Shown in pieces: positions 30,245 through 42,835 of a stretch of 64,000 nucleotides of DNA (position 1 is its first letter; each line of letters opens with the position of its first letter). The notes beneath the pieces are model-generated. The model was not told where the DNA came from, did no database searches, and saw only the letters and a list, made by a program, of their open reading frames with translations. This DNA is from Candidatus Eiseniibacteriota bacterium (GTDB lineage Bacteria > Eisenbacteria > RBG-16-71-46 > CAVPCR01). The stretch spans positions 256,001-320,000 of the forward strand of contig CAVPCR010000004.1 in the NCBI GenBank assembly GCA_963702435.1. The letters run 5' to 3'. Made by a program: the position numbers and the translations under genes.

Positions 30245-32863
30245 CTACCGCGTGACGCTCACCTTCCGCGTGCGGACGACCTGGTCGGCCTCGAGGCGGG
30301 CGAGATACGTGCCGCGGGCGACCCGCCGGCCCTCGTCGTCGCGCCCGTCCCAGCGGAATTCGTGGCGGCCGGCGGGCAGGTGCATGGCGGCCAGCTCGCG
30401 CACCAGGCGCCCGCTGACGTCGTAGATGCGGAGGTTCGCGTCGGCCGCACCGGGCAGGTCGATCGTGAGCGTTGTTGCACTGGTCATCGGATTGGGCGAC
30501 GCGGGGAGGAGCCGCGGGGCCAGCGGAGGCGCTGCGGCCGCAGTCTCGATGCCGGCGGCCGCGCCCAGATCGTAGGCGAACAGCGAGCGCCCGTAGGTCG
30601 CCGCCGTGAGCGTGCGGGTCGGGCGGTGCAGCTCGAGCGCCGAGATCACCACGTTCGGGAGATCGAGGCCGAGCGGCGCCCACGAGCCGCCGAGGTCGCG
30701 CGTCTCGTAGACCCCGACATCGGTCGCCACGTAGAGCGTGCCGGGGACATCGGGGTCGACGATCAGGTCGTTGGCCGGGGCCTCGGGCAGGTTGCTCGCG
30801 ATCGAGGTCCAGGTGGCGCCGAAGTCGGTCGTGCGGAAGACGTGCGGGAGCGGGTCATCGTCCCGGAAGCCGGAGAGCGTCACGTAGGTGACGGCCGCGG
30901 AAACCGGATCCACGGTCACGCGGGTCACCCAGCGCTCGGGGAGCGCCGCGTCGATCCGCGTCCAGCCGGTCCCGCCGTTCTGAGTGACCCAGACATTGGC
31001 GTCGTCGGTGCCGGCGTAGACGACGAGCGGGTCGGTCGGGGCGGCCGCGATCGTCGTCACGGTCGAGTAGACGACGCCGCCCTGGCCCGGGATGCCGTCG
31101 GTCAGGTCCGGCGAGATGGCCGTCCAGGAGGACGCGCGATTCACCGTCCGGTACACCCGTTGCGTGCCGCAGTAGAGAACGGCCGGATTCGTGGGATCGA
31201 GCACCACGGGCATCGACCAGTTCTTGCGGTCGCTCCCCGAGATGCCGTTCAAGGCGCTCACGAAGGAGCTGCCGCCGTTGGTCGAGCGGCCGAGCCCGCC
31301 GTACTGCGACTCGGCGTAGACGTAGCTGTTGTTCGTCGGGTCCACGTTGACGTAGAAGCCGTCACCCCCGTAGATCTCGGCCCAGTCGCTGGGGAAGCCG
31401 GAGAGGGTGCGGATGGTGCCGTTGTCCTGCGTGCCGCCGTAGCGCCGGTTGGGGAACTGGTAGTCCACCTCCACCGTGTAGAACTGGGTGATGGGGAGCC
31501 CGTTCACCTTGGTCCAGGTGCCGCCGCCGTTCAGCGTCCGGTAGAGCCCGCCGTCGTTCCCCTCGTAGAAGAGCTGGCCGGCATCGGTCGGCGCGAACTC
31601 CATCGCGTGATGGTCCACGTGCATGTTCGAGCCGTTCTGGCTCCAGCTCGCCCCGCCGTTCGTCGAGCGATAGAAGGGGAGCCCAAGCACGTAGACGCGG
31701 TCGGGGTTGGTCGGCTCGACGCGGATGTTCCCGAACCACCACCCGAAGGTCGAATAGACGCCGGCGAGGGCGCCGTCGGTCGTGCGCGTCCAGGTATCGC
31801 CGCCGTTCGTGGTCTTGTAGACGCCGGCGAAGTTTCCGACCTGGTCGGCGTAGATGGCATAGAGGACCTGAGGATTCGAGAGCGCGAGCGCGAGCCCGAT
31901 GCGGCCGTTGACCGCGGCCGGGGACGGCAGTCCGCCGCCGAGGATCGCCCAGGTGTCGCCGCCGTCGGTCGAGCGGTAGACGGCGCTCGTCGGGCCGCCG
32001 TAGCGGCGCATGTGGGGCCGCCGGATCCGTTCCCAGGTCGCCGCGTAGACGCGGTCCGGATCGGTGGGATCGATGACCAGATCCACTGCGCCGGTCGAGT
32101 CGGTCACCGCGAGCACGTGGTCCCACGTCGCGCCGGCGTCGGTCGAGCGGAAGACGCCGCGCTCCGGTCCGGTGGAGAAGAGGCTCCCCATCGCCGCGAC
32201 GAAGACCCGGTCCGGGTTTACCGGATCGACGACCACGCGCCCGATGTAGCGGGTCGCCTCGAGGCCGACGTTGGTCCAGGTGACGCCGCCGTTGGTGGTC
32301 TTGTAGACCCCGTTCCCGCCGTAAGTGACGCTGCCGCCGCCGCCGTTCGGCTCGCCGGTGCCGACATAGAGGATGTTCCCGTCGTTCGGGTGGATGGCGA
32401 GGTCGCCGATCGAGAGCGTCTCGAGATAGTCCGAGAGCGGGGTCCAGGTGACGCCGCCGTCCACCGTCTTGAGCACGCCGCCCTCGGCGGCGCCGACGTA
32501 GACGGTGAGCGGGTCGTGAGGATCGATGGCGAGGTCGGCGATCCGCCCGCCGATGTGGGTCGGCCCGACCGGGTCCCACGGTATGGCGTTGTCCGGGATC
32601 GTGGCGCGGAGCGCCGCCGCCTCGGCCCGCATGCGGGCGAGGTCGGCGGGATCCACGTCGGCGTGCGGATAGGCGCGCTGGGCGAGGAACCAGTCGCTCG
32701 GGGTGGTGCCCTCGCGTTCTTCGATCTCGCGTTCCGCCTCTTCGCCCGGGTCTTCCTCCCGGCCGGGCGGCTCGGCGGGGGGAAGAGCGAGGAGAAGGGC
32801 AGCGCCGGCAGCGAGGGCGAGCAGGGCGGGAAGCAGGTGGCGTGCGCGGTGGGGAGAGGTCAT
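30245..32863 (-). CDS. Secreted BNR/VPS10-like beta-propeller protein with FlgD/T9SS-like C-terminal domain
   Basis: Many (S/T)xDGGxTW repeats, HVDHH, GGTQDNG; tail PNP..IYDVSGRLVR..WDGRDDEG..GTYLARL. Confidence 0.9.
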   Translation of the reverse strand: MTSPHRARHLLPALLALAAGAALLLALPPAEPPGREEDPGEEAEREIEEREGTTPSDWFLAQRAYPHADVDPADLARMRAEAAALRATIPDNAIPWDPVGPTHIGGRIADLAIDPHDPLTVYVGAAEGGVLKTVDGGVTWTPLSDYLETLSIGDLAIHPNDGNILYVGTGEPNGGGGSVTYGGNGVYKTTNGGVTWTNVGLEATRYIGRVVVDPVNPDRVFVAAMGSLFSTGPERGVFRSTDAGATWDHVLAVTDSTGAVDLVIDPTDPDRVYAATWERIRRPHMRRYGGPTSAVYRSTDGGDTWAILGGGLPSPAAVNGRIGLALALSNPQVLYAIYADQVGNFAGVYKTTNGGDTWTRTTDGALAGVYSTFGWWFGNIRVEPTNPDRVYVLGLPFYRSTNGGASWSQNGSNMHVDHHAMEFAPTDAGQLFYEGNDGGLYRTLNGGGTWTKVNGLPITQFYTVEVDYQFPNRRYGGTQDNGTIRTLSGFPSDWAEIYGGDGFYVNVDPTNNSYVYAESQYGGLGRSTNGGSSFVSALNGISGSDRKNWSMPVVLDPTNPAVLYCGTQRVYRTVNRASSWTAISPDLTDGIPGQGGVVYSTVTTIAAAPTDPLVVYAGTDDANVWVTQNGGTGWTRIDAALPERWVTRVTVDPVSAAVTYVTLSGFRDDDPLPHVFRTTDFGATWTSIASNLPEAPANDLIVDPDVPGTLYVATDVGVYETRDLGGSWAPLGLDLPNVVISALELHRPTRTLTAATYGRSLFAYDLGAAAGIETAAAAPPLAPRLLPASPNPMTSATTLTIDLPGAADANLRIYDVSGRLVRELAAMHLPAGRHEFRWDGRDDEGRRVARGTYLARLEADQVVRTRKVSVTR

Positions 32864-33307
32864 CGGATCGGGCTCCTAAGGGAGTGGTGTGAACCGGCCT
32901 CAAGCACCCTCTATCTTAGCGGTTTTGCCGGCTTGCCGGGAGACCAGGGAGGCGACTGCGGGTGTCCCGGGCGCCCGCGTCCGCGCTTCACCCGCTGGCG
33001 GAACCGGTGGAAAGGTGCTAGGATGCCGCCCTGGCCGCGCGATGGACACGCAGTCCATCCCGGCACTCCCGTCGATGGGTGGCGCGGCCGCCGTGCCCCG
33101 CTGGCGCCGGCTCCGCTCCTCTGCTCCCTTTCGTTTTCCTCCCGAGTCACTACCGGGAATCGACATCGTCCGACCGCCGCCGCGCAGGGCTCTGGTCCGG
33201 CGTGACGGCGGGACTCCGAGTGGACCTGTCCTCGATCAGCAGCCGAGGGCAGGTCGCTTTCTCCCCTGGGGCCCGAAAGGCGCGCCGGCGTTTGCGGCGC
33301 GCGCGAC

Positions 33308-34135
33308 ATGATGATCGACCCGATCTCCCGACTCCTGCTCAGGAAGGCAGCGGCCGAGGACGATCGCGCCGGCGAACCCGAGACCGTGGCGCTCATGTAC
33401 CACGGGGTCGTCGCGCGCGGCGGCCGGCCGAACACGCGCTTCGATGTGCGTGCCGACGCCTTCTCGAACCAGCTCGACCTGCTCGCCGGGGCCGGCTTCG
33501 AGACCGTGCGCGTTGCTGACCTGCTCCGGGGGGAGGCGAGCGGGCGCCGCCGCGTCGCCATCACCTTCGACGACGGGTTCCGGAACAACTACGAGGGTGC
33601 GGTGCGCCCGCTTCTCGACCGCCGGATGACCGCGAGCTGGTACGTCGTGTCGGACTTCGTCGGCGGGATCGCGTCCTGGGTCGACGGCGACCGGCGGGAG
33701 CGGGAGATCCTCACCGAAGCGGAGCTCCGGGCGATGATCGCGGCCGGACTCGAGATCGGTTCGCACACGCGCCGGCATCTCGATCTCACCAAGGCGGCTC
33801 CCGAGGAGATCGAGAGCGAGGTCGCCGGCTCCAAGCGGGACCTCGAGGATCGACTGTCCGCTCCGATCCGCACGTTCGCCTATCCCTACGGGCGATTCAA
33901 CGGCCGGGTGCGGGAGACCGTCGCCGCGGCGGGCTATGCCGCCGCCTGCGCCACGCGATCCGGGTTCGTCCGGGCCGCGGAGGATCGTTACGCCATGCGC
34001 CGGGTCACGATCACCTGGGACGACACGCTGTCGAGCTTCGCCCGGAAGCTTGCTCTCGCCGACAACGATGTCGCCTGGGGGGATGTCGCCCGGCATGGAG
34101 TCCGCCATCTGCACGCACGGTTGCGTGCCGGCTGA
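33308..34135 (+). CDS. Polysaccharide deacetylase (CE4/NodB)
   Basis: LMYH, ITFDDG, GSHTRRH, FAYPYG. Confidence 0.92.
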   Translation: MMIDPISRLLLRKAAAEDDRAGEPETVALMYHGVVARGGRPNTRFDVRADAFSNQLDLLAGAGFETVRVADLLRGEASGRRRVAITFDDGFRNNYEGAVRPLLDRRMTASWYVVSDFVGGIASWVDGDRREREILTEAELRAMIAAGLEIGSHTRRHLDLTKAAPEEIESEVAGSKRDLEDRLSAPIRTFAYPYGRFNGRVRETVAAAGYAAACATRSGFVRAAEDRYAMRRVTITWDDTLSSFARKLALADNDVAWGDVARHGVRHLHARLRAG

Positions 34136-34161
34136 GCGCACCCACGCAAGGGATTGCATCC

Positions 34162-35085
34162 ATGACGCTCACCACCGTTGCCATCTGCACCTACAACGCC
34201 CGGGCCCATCTCGAGACCCTGCTGCCGGCGATCGCCGCGCAGGAGATCGACCGTCCCTTCGAGCTCTTGGTCGTCGACAACAACAGCACCGACGGCACGA
34301 GCGACCTCGTGCGCGAGCTTGGCCGCCGCTCCGCGGTGCCCCTGCGCATCGTTCACGAGCCGGTCCAGGGGATTCCGTACGCCCGCAACCGCGCGATCGA
34401 GGAGTCGGCGGCGAGCGAGTTCCTCGTGTTCATCGACGCGGACGAGCTGCCGCGGCCCGGGTGGCTCCGGGCGGCGGTCGACGCCCTCGATCGGGAGGGC
34501 GCCGAGTGTGCAGGCGGCCCGATCCGGGTGCGGCTCCCCGGGCCGCGGCCCGGCTGGATGACCGACTATCTCCTCCTCTTCCTCGGGGCGCTCGACCACG
34601 GCGCCGCTCCGTTCTGGATCACGGATCGCCGGACGCCCGTGTGGAGCGGCAACGTCGCTTACCGCCGCTCGCTATTCGCCTCCGGACTCCGCTTCGACCA
34701 TCGGTACAACCGGGCGGGGAAGGGCGTCGGCGGCGGATCGGATTCCGTCATGTTCCGCCACCTGCTCGGCGCCGAGGTCCGCATGCGTTACCGCCCGGAC
34801 ATGGAGATCGAGCATCTGATCGGGCCCGACAAGATGCGCCGGCGCTACTTCCTGCACCTGAATCTCACCGCGGGTACCAAGTTCGGGCGCTTCAGCGAGG
34901 AGCGGTTCCAGCGCACGCTCCTGGGCGTGCCGCCGTACATGGCGGTGGAGGCGCTCCGCCATCTCACCTCGGCGCTCGGTAAGGCGGTGGCCCGGAAGCC
35001 CGACGCCATGCATCAGGCCACCCGGGCCGCGCGCGTGGTCGGCGCGCTAAGCGGTTGCTTCCAGCGCTGGCGCCAGCGCGCCTGA
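34162..35085 (+). CDS. Glycosyltransferase family 2
   Basis: ICTYN, VVDNNSTDG, ARN, FIDAD. Confidence 0.92.
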   Translation: MTLTTVAICTYNARAHLETLLPAIAAQEIDRPFELLVVDNNSTDGTSDLVRELGRRSAVPLRIVHEPVQGIPYARNRAIEESAASEFLVFIDADELPRPGWLRAAVDALDREGAECAGGPIRVRLPGPRPGWMTDYLLLFLGALDHGAAPFWITDRRTPVWSGNVAYRRSLFASGLRFDHRYNRAGKGVGGGSDSVMFRHLLGAEVRMRYRPDMEIEHLIGPDKMRRRYFLHLNLTAGTKFGRFSEERFQRTLLGVPPYMAVEALRHLTSALGKAVARKPDAMHQATRAARVVGALSGCFQRWRQRA

Positions 35086-35087
35086 GA

Positions 35088-36005
35088 TCAGCCGTCGCGG
35101 CGACCCTTCCGCTCCTCGAGCTCCTCGAGCTCCTCGAGCGTGCGCGGCCAGTCGCCCTTGAGCAGTCGCGACAGCGCGCGATCGGCGAGGAGCTTCCCGC
35201 CGGTCTGGCAGGCGGCGCAGTAGTTGGCCTCGTTCGCCGCGTAGACGATCCGCTGCACGGGCGCGGCGCAGACCGGGCACGGCTGCCGGTATCGCCCATG
35301 CACCGCCATCCCGGGATGAAATGCGGTCACCTTGTCCGGGAAGGCGTCGCCCGTCTCGTCGCGAAGCCGCGCCGTCCACTCGCCGAGGATCTCCTGCGCG
35401 GCGCGATGGAGCGCCGCGATCTCCTCCGGGCCCAGGCGTTGCGTGAGCTTGACCGGTGAGAGGCGGGCGCGATGCAGGATCTCGTCCGAGTAGGCGTTCC
35501 CGATCCCGCTGAACAGCCGCGGATCGGTGAGCGCGCGCTTGAGCGTGTGGTTCTCGGCACGGAGCGCCGCGCGGAACGCGGCGAGGTCGGCGCCGAGCAC
35601 GTCGAGGCCGCCGCGATCGTGCGCGGCGAGCGCCGCCCGGCCGCGCGCGAGGTGGATCGAGGCGCGCTTCTGCGTGCTTGCCTCGGTGAGGACGAGGACG
35701 CCCGGCGGGAAGTCGAAGGCGGCGAGACCGAGCTTGCGATTCAGGGCGGTGCCCGGCGGTTTCCAGCGGAGCCGCCCGGCGATCATCAGATGGATGACGA
35801 CGAAGAGGTCGTCCTCGAGCCCGAGGACGATGCGCTTCCCCAGCCGCTCGAGAGAGCGCACGCGCTTGCCGGCGAGCTCGGCGGGGGAGGGGCTCACCGA
35901 TTGCAGCACGAAGGGGCTCGCGATGCGGAGGGTGGTGAGCGGCTCGCCGAGCACGCGCGGCGCGAGGCAATCGAGGTAAACCAGGATGTCGGGCAGCTCC
36001 GGCAT
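35088..36005 (-). CDS. Fpg/Nei family DNA glycosylase
   Basis: [21 protein letters not shown] (H2TH), CPVC..CAAC zinc finger. Confidence 0.92.
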   Translation of the reverse strand: MPELPDILVYLDCLAPRVLGEPLTTLRIASPFVLQSVSPSPAELAGKRVRSLERLGKRIVLGLEDDLFVVIHLMIAGRLRWKPPGTALNRKLGLAAFDFPPGVLVLTEASTQKRASIHLARGRAALAAHDRGGLDVLGADLAAFRAALRAENHTLKRALTDPRLFSGIGNAYSDEILHRARLSPVKLTQRLGPEEIAALHRAAQEILGEWTARLRDETGDAFPDKVTAFHPGMAVHGRYRQPCPVCAAPVQRIVYAANEANYCAACQTGGKLLADRALSRLLKGDWPRTLEELEELEERKGRRDG

Positions 36006-36037
36006 GCGAATCCCCTGACCGCCGGCTCCCCGCCGCG

Positions 36038-36934
36038 CTAGCCGCGCCGGAGGAGGACCACGACTCCCGCCACGGCGAGGACAGTGCCGGCGATCGCGCG
36101 GAGGGTCGGGCGCTCGCCGAACACCCGCGCGGAAAGCGGAATGACGAGAATCGGGGTGAGCGCCATGAGCGTGAGCGCAACACCGGTCTCGGTGAGCTTC
36201 AAGCTCACGAGCGAGAGCCACACGCCGAGGTACGGCCCGAGCACGCTCGCGACGCCGATCAGGGCGAGGAAGCGAGGCGTGCGGAACGCAGTGCGGAGGC
36301 GTGGCGCGCCGCGGTCGATGAGCGCCATGGCGAAGGCGAGCGCGATGCCGGCTGCGGTCATGCGCACGAGCGTGGCGGGCAGCGGATCGATCGCCTGCAT
36401 GCCCCGCTTCGCGAGGATCGCCCCGCTCGCCTGGCAGATGGCGCCGCCGAGGGCCGCGAGGAGCCCGAGCGCGCGATGAGGCGCATGGAATCCGGGGGTG
36501 GGCACGCGTTCTTCGATCACCCAGATGATGCCGCCCAGGGTGAGCGCCATGCCGATCCAGCCCATGGTCCCCAGGTGCTCGCCGAGGAGGGCGAGAGCGC
36601 CGAGGGCCGAGAGCGGCGGGGCGAGCGCCATCATGAGGGAGGCGAGGCGCGGGCCGATCCAGGCGTAGCTCTGGAAGAGCAGCGTGTCGCCGAGCGCGAG
36701 GCCGACGACCCCGGAGAGGGCCAGATCGGCGATGCGGGCGGCGGGCGCCTCCGCGGGCCGGACGGCGCCGGTGGCCGCCCACAGGGTGATGCCGAGGAGG
36801 AGACATGCGGCGAGGGTCCGGATCGTGTTGACGGCGAAGGCGGACACGTGGCGCCCGGCTAGCGTGAACAGGACCGAGGTCACCGACCACAGGGCCGCCG
36901 TCGTGAGGGCCGCGATCTCCCCGGCGTGGCTCAT
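36038..36934 (-). CDS. EamA/DMT family transporter
   Basis: About 10 TM helices in two EamA-like repeats. Confidence 0.88.
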   Translation of the reverse strand: MSHAGEIAALTTAALWSVTSVLFTLAGRHVSAFAVNTIRTLAACLLLGITLWAATGAVRPAEAPAARIADLALSGVVGLALGDTLLFQSYAWIGPRLASLMMALAPPLSALGALALLGEHLGTMGWIGMALTLGGIIWVIEERVPTPGFHAPHRALGLLAALGGAICQASGAILAKRGMQAIDPLPATLVRMTAAGIALAFAMALIDRGAPRLRTAFRTPRFLALIGVASVLGPYLGVWLSLVSLKLTETGVALTLMALTPILVIPLSARVFGERPTLRAIAGTVLAVAGVVVLLRRG

Positions 36935-37249
36935 GTCGCCGTCGGGGCCTGGAGCGGCGCGCGGGGGCCTGCGGGGCTTGTTGCCAAAATGGCCGGATGC
37001 CGGGTGCCGGCAGACGCGGTCCAGACGCCAGCGGAGTTGCCACTATGGCAACGCCAGAGATCAGATCGGGTTAAGCCTGGGTCCCGGGATTGCCCATATT
37101 TTGTTGAATCGCAAGCGATTGGGCACGATCTTGAGAGTAGTGCAAGCGTGCCATTTGGGCTCGACTTCCGCTCGAGCCGCGATTCCGCATCGTGGGTCCG
37201 AGTTCCTAAGAGCTTTGGCCACATGTAGTTATCCCGTCCGAATGGTGCG

Positions 37250-37264
37250 TGGCACGAAAGCTGC
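37250..37264 (+). promoter_or_regulatory. Putative sigma54 -24/-12 promoter for groESL
   Basis: TGGCACGAAAGCTGC: GG-N10-GC, one mismatch to TGGCACG-N4-TTGC. Confidence 0.6.
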
Positions 37265-37430
37265 CTGAAAACTTATCTGAACGATGGCAGACTGTGGGCT
37301 GGACGCCACGAGCAGCTCCCGGCCAGGGACGAACCACCAGGCCGGGATGGCCGCCGAGGCCCCGCGTCCACGTTGAACCCAGTACCCCCGCAACCGCGGG
37401 GTAAGCGAGAATGGCACAAGGAGAAGTGCG

Positions 37431-37730
37431 ATGGCCATGACTGTCCATCCTCTGTCGGATCGGATCCTGATCAAGCGCCTCGAGGAAGAGGAAATGAAGC
37501 GCGGCGGGATCATCATTCCGGACACAGCCAAGGAGAAGCCCCAGCAGGGCGAGGTGATCGCCGTCGGCCCCGGCCGCTTCGACGAGAGCGGGAAGCGGGT
37601 GCCGATGGAGGTCAAGAAGGGCGACCGCATCCTCATCGGCAAGTACTCGGGCACCGAGGTCAAGATCGAGGGCGGCGAGTACGTGATCCTGCGCGAGGAC
37701 GATGTCCTCGGAATCATTCAGGGCAAGTAA
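37431..37730 (+). CDS. groES: Co-chaperonin GroES
   Basis: [28 protein letters not shown]. Confidence 0.99.
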   Translation: MAMTVHPLSDRILIKRLEEEEMKRGGIIIPDTAKEKPQQGEVIAVGPGRFDESGKRVPMEVKKGDRILIGKYSGTEVKIEGGEYVILREDDVLGIIQGK

Positions 37731-37840
37731 GGACGAGGCGCGCCGGCGCTTGCACGAGGCGGCGCTCACGGATCGGATCCCTGCGGGCCCGTTCATGGCG
37801 CCCGTCACCCCGCCCGATGAAGCGGGTAAAGGAGAAGTAG

Positions 37841-39487
<1,647 letters not shown>

Positions 39488-39543
39488 ACCGCTTCCACTG
39501 AACTCAACGGGTGGCGCCGGAACACGGGTGTCGCCAACGACGG

Positions 39544-39576
39544 GGGCCGGATCCGGCAACGGATCCGGCCCTTCGT
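39544..39576 (+). terminator. Terminator-like hairpin after groEL
   Basis: Perfect 12-bp stem gggccggatccg-GCAA-cggatccggccc; weak U tail. Confidence 0.7.
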
Positions 39577-39646
39577 GCGTCCGGCCCCGGTGTCGGGGCG
39601 CCGGCGGGATCGGGGCGCGGGCGGGATCGGGGTGCGGCGCCGCGCG

Positions 39647-40708
39647 TCAGGAGCGGGCGAGGCCGGCGAGGTGTCCCCGGCGCTCGAGGTCGCGGACTGT
39701 CTCCCGGATGGTCGTGGCGAGCGGCCGGAACTCGAGGCCGAGCTCGCGGCGGATCTTCGCGTTGTCGAAGCGGAGCTCGCGGCCGATGTGGGAGAGGAGA
39801 TAGTCGCGGACGCCGCGCGGGCGCGTGTGCGCGGCGAGCCGCATGAGGCGATCGCCGGACGGCGAATCGAGCCCGATCCGCGGTAGCCGGTAGCGGCCGT
39901 AGCCGTCGGCCCGCAACATCGTCACGACCTCGCGCATGGTGATCGTCTCGCCGGCGCAGATGTAGCGGCCGGCGGCGGTGGGAGCCTCCATGGCCCTGAC
40001 ATGGGCGCGCGCGACGTCGCGCACGTCGACGAATCCCCAGGTGAGACTCATGATCACCGGGTACGCGCCGCTCATCATGTCCACGAACATCTTGTTCGAC
40101 GTGCCGAGCGACGGGACGAGCGACGGCCCGACGACGATGAAGGGATTGAGGACGACCAGGTCGAAACCGGGTTCCTCCTCCGCCATGAAGCGCCAGGCTT
40201 CCTTCTCGGCGAGCGTCTTCGAGTAGTAGTAGGGGTTGCGGGAGAGCGAGGACTTCCCGTTCCAGTCCGCCTCGGTGAGGACGTGCCCGCGCGCCGGCTC
40301 GTCGGTGATTGCGGCCATCGACGAGGTGAGGACGACCCGCCTGACGGTGCCAGAGCGGGCGGCGGCGGCAAGCACCTCGCGCGTGCCGGCGACCGCCGGT
40401 CGGACGATCTCGCGTTCCGGATCGCGGGCGTCGAGGATGAAGGGGCTCGCCGTGTGCAGGACGCACCCGGCGCCGGCGACCGCCGCGTCGAAGGAGCCGG
40501 GGGCGAGGAGATCGGCCGCGAAGAGCGCGATGCGATCGCCTGCGCCGGGCCAGGTGGCGGCCGGATCGCGGGCGAGCCTGCTCTCGAGGTTGCGCACGGT
40601 GCCGCGCACGCGGTAGCCGGCCTGGAGGAGGTCGGCGACGATCTGGGCCGCGATGAATCCGGAGGCGCCGGTCACGCACACGGGCCGGCCGCTGGCGGGC
40701 GAGGTCAT
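39647..40708 (-). CDS. NAD-dependent epimerase/dehydratase (dihydroflavonol reductase-like SDR)
   Basis: VTGASGFIA, HTASP, TSS, YYYSK. Confidence 0.92.
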   Translation of the reverse strand: MTSPASGRPVCVTGASGFIAAQIVADLLQAGYRVRGTVRNLESRLARDPAATWPGAGDRIALFAADLLAPGSFDAAVAGAGCVLHTASPFILDARDPEREIVRPAVAGTREVLAAAARSGTVRRVVLTSSMAAITDEPARGHVLTEADWNGKSSLSRNPYYYSKTLAEKEAWRFMAEEEPGFDLVVLNPFIVVGPSLVPSLGTSNKMFVDMMSGAYPVIMSLTWGFVDVRDVARAHVRAMEAPTAAGRYICAGETITMREVVTMLRADGYGRYRLPRIGLDSPSGDRLMRLAAHTRPRGVRDYLLSHIGRELRFDNAKIRRELGLEFRPLATTIRETVRDLERRGHLAGLARS

Positions 40709-40791
40709 GATGGGGAGATTGGAGCACTCCGGGGCGCGGGAGGAAAGTGTAAGATCCGCGCGTTCCCCCGGCAGGAAGGAGGTCTCCGGCA

Positions 40792-41793
40792 ATGACGCAG
40801 TGGTACTTCAGCTATGGGGGCCGACAGCTGGGCCCGCTCGATGCAGGACAGGCCGTCGCACAGGCGGCGCAGGACCCGAACGGCCACGTCTGGCGGCAGG
40901 GATTCACCGATTGGCTGCCGATCAAGGACGTCGCCGAGCTCCGCCCCGGCGCTCCCGGCACCCCGGGCGCCGGCGTGCAGCCACCGCCCCTCGATCGGCG
41001 CGGTGCCGACGACATCGAGTTCACGATCCACGGCGCCGAGATGCAGTTCGTCGAGATCCAGCTCGATCCGGGCGAGAGCGCGGTCGCCGAGGCCGGGACG
41101 CTCATGTACAAGGATCCGAGCGTCGAGATGCACACGCTCTTCGGCGACGGGTCCGACCAGGGCAACCGCTCCCTGGTGGACCATCTCGTCGGTGCCGGAA
41201 AGCGCCTCCTGACCGGGGAGAGCCTCTTCATCACCGTCTTCACCCACACCGGCCAGGGCAAGGCGCGCGCCGCCTTCGCGGCACCCTACCCGGGGACCAT
41301 CCTGCCGATCACGCTCAAGAACCTGGGCGGACGCCTCATCTGCCAGAAGGACGCGTTTCTCTGCGCCGCCAAGGGTGTGGCGATCGGCATCCACTTCCAG
41401 CGCCGGATCCTGACCGGGCTCTTCGGCGGCGAGGGGTTCATCATGCAGAAGCTCGAGGGCGACGGCCTCGCCTTCCTGCACGCGGGCGGCATGGTGATCG
41501 AACGCGAGCTCGCCCCCGGAGAGGTCCTGCACGTGGACACCGGCTGCCTCGTCGCGCTGCAAGACACGGTCGATTTCGACCTCGAGCAGGTGGGCGGGAT
41601 CAAGTCGATGATCTTCGGCGGCGAGGGCGTCTTCTTCGTGCGCCTCACCGGACCGGGCAAGGTGTGGCTCCAGTCGCTCCCGTTCTCGCGGCTCGCCGGG
41701 CGCATGCTGGCGGCGGCGCCGACCCGCGGCGCGAAGCGCGACGAGGGCTCGGTGCTCGGCCCGCTCGGCGACATCCTGCGCGGCGATCGCTAA
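40792..41793 (+). CDS. TIGR00266/AIM24 family protein with N-terminal GYF_2 domain
   Basis: WY..GRQLGP..VWRQG..W; EIQLDPGE, FGGEG repeats. Confidence 0.9.
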   Translation: MTQWYFSYGGRQLGPLDAGQAVAQAAQDPNGHVWRQGFTDWLPIKDVAELRPGAPGTPGAGVQPPPLDRRGADDIEFTIHGAEMQFVEIQLDPGESAVAEAGTLMYKDPSVEMHTLFGDGSDQGNRSLVDHLVGAGKRLLTGESLFITVFTHTGQGKARAAFAAPYPGTILPITLKNLGGRLICQKDAFLCAAKGVAIGIHFQRRILTGLFGGEGFIMQKLEGDGLAFLHAGGMVIERELAPGEVLHVDTGCLVALQDTVDFDLEQVGGIKSMIFGGEGVFFVRLTGPGKVWLQSLPFSRLAGRMLAAAPTRGAKRDEGSVLGPLGDILRGDR

Positions 41794-41824
41794 AGGCGGC
41801 GATCGCCGGCGCGGCGGAGGCAAG

Positions 41825-42835
41825 ATGAAGCTCCTCATCCTCGGCGGCACCATGTTCCTCGGCCGGCACCTGGTGACAGCGGCGCTCGAGCGCGGCCACC
41901 AGGTCACGCTCTTCAACCGCGGGAAGACGAACCCCGACCTCTTTCCGGAGGTCGAGAAGATCCGCGGCGACCGCAAGGTGAGCCTCGCGCCGCTCGCCGG
42001 GCGGCGCTTCGACGCGGTGGTCGACACCTGCGGCTACGTGCCGCGCGTCGCCGGCATGGCGGCCACGGCGCTGGCTCCGCTCGTCGATCATTACACCTTC
42101 ATCTCATCGATCTCGGTCTATGCGGACATGAAGACAGCGGGGCAGGACGAGGACGCGCCGGTCGCCACGCTCGCCGATGCGACGACCGAAGAGGTGACGG
42201 GCGAGACCTACGGCGGGCTCAAGGCGCTCTGCGAGAAGGTGGTGACGGAGACCCTGCCCGGGCGCGCGCTCGTCATCCGCCCGGGTCTGATCTCGGGTCC
42301 GTACGATCCGACCGACCGCTTCACCTACTGGCCGGTCCGCATCGTGCGCGGCGGCGAGGTGCTCGCGCCGGCGCCACCGGAGGCGACGACCCAGCACATC
42401 GACGCGCGCGATCTGGCGGCGTGGACCATCCGGGCGGTCGAGTCGCGCCTGACCGGCGTCTTCAACGCGACCGGACCCGACTACCCGCTCACCTGGCGGG
42501 AGATCCTCGAGACCTGCCGCCAAGTGAGCGGGAGCGATGCCACGTTCACCTGGGTGAGCGCCGCGTTCCTCGCCGCGCAGGAGGTGGCGCCGTGGAGCGA
42601 GATCCCGCTCTGGGTGCCGGAGGAGGAGAGCGGGATGCTGAACGTGAGCGTGGCCCGGGCGATCGCCGCCGGGCTCGCCTTCCGGCCGCTCGCGACCACG
42701 GTCGCCGACACGCTCGCCTGGCACGCGACGCGACCCCTTCCCGCCGGCGCTGAGCAGAAACCTGCTCTGAAGAGCGGGATTTCGCCTGAGCGCGAGACGG
42801 CGGTCCTCGCTGCCTGGCGGGCCCAGAGCACGTGA
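41825..42835 (+). CDS. NAD-dependent epimerase/SDR family protein
   Basis: ILGGTMFLG, FNRG, YGGLK, DRFTYW. Confidence 0.9.
   Translation: MKLLILGGTMFLGRHLVTAALERGHQVTLFNRGKTNPDLFPEVEKIRGDRKVSLAPLAGRRFDAVVDTCGYVPRVAGMAATALAPLVDHYTFISSISVYADMKTAGQDEDAPVATLADATTEEVTGETYGGLKALCEKVVTETLPGRALVIRPGLISGPYDPTDRFTYWPVRIVRGGEVLAPAPPEATTQHIDARDLAAWTIRAVESRLTGVFNATGPDYPLTWREILETCRQVSGSDATFTWVSAAFLAAQEVAPWSEIPLWVPEEESGMLNVSVARAIAAGLAFRPLATTVADTLAWHATRPLPAGAEQKPALKSGISPERETAVLAAWRAQST

Noticed and set aside
30362..33205. 947-aa plus-strand ORF and many similar long overlapping ORFs
   Set aside because: Shadow frames of recognisable genes; Arg/Gly/Pro-rich with no motifs.
35088..37043. Apparent 651-aa fusion of an N-terminal extension to Fpg
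   Set aside because: Fpg/Nei needs an N-terminal Pro, so it starts at MPELPD (36005); the extension overlaps the EamA gene in another frame.
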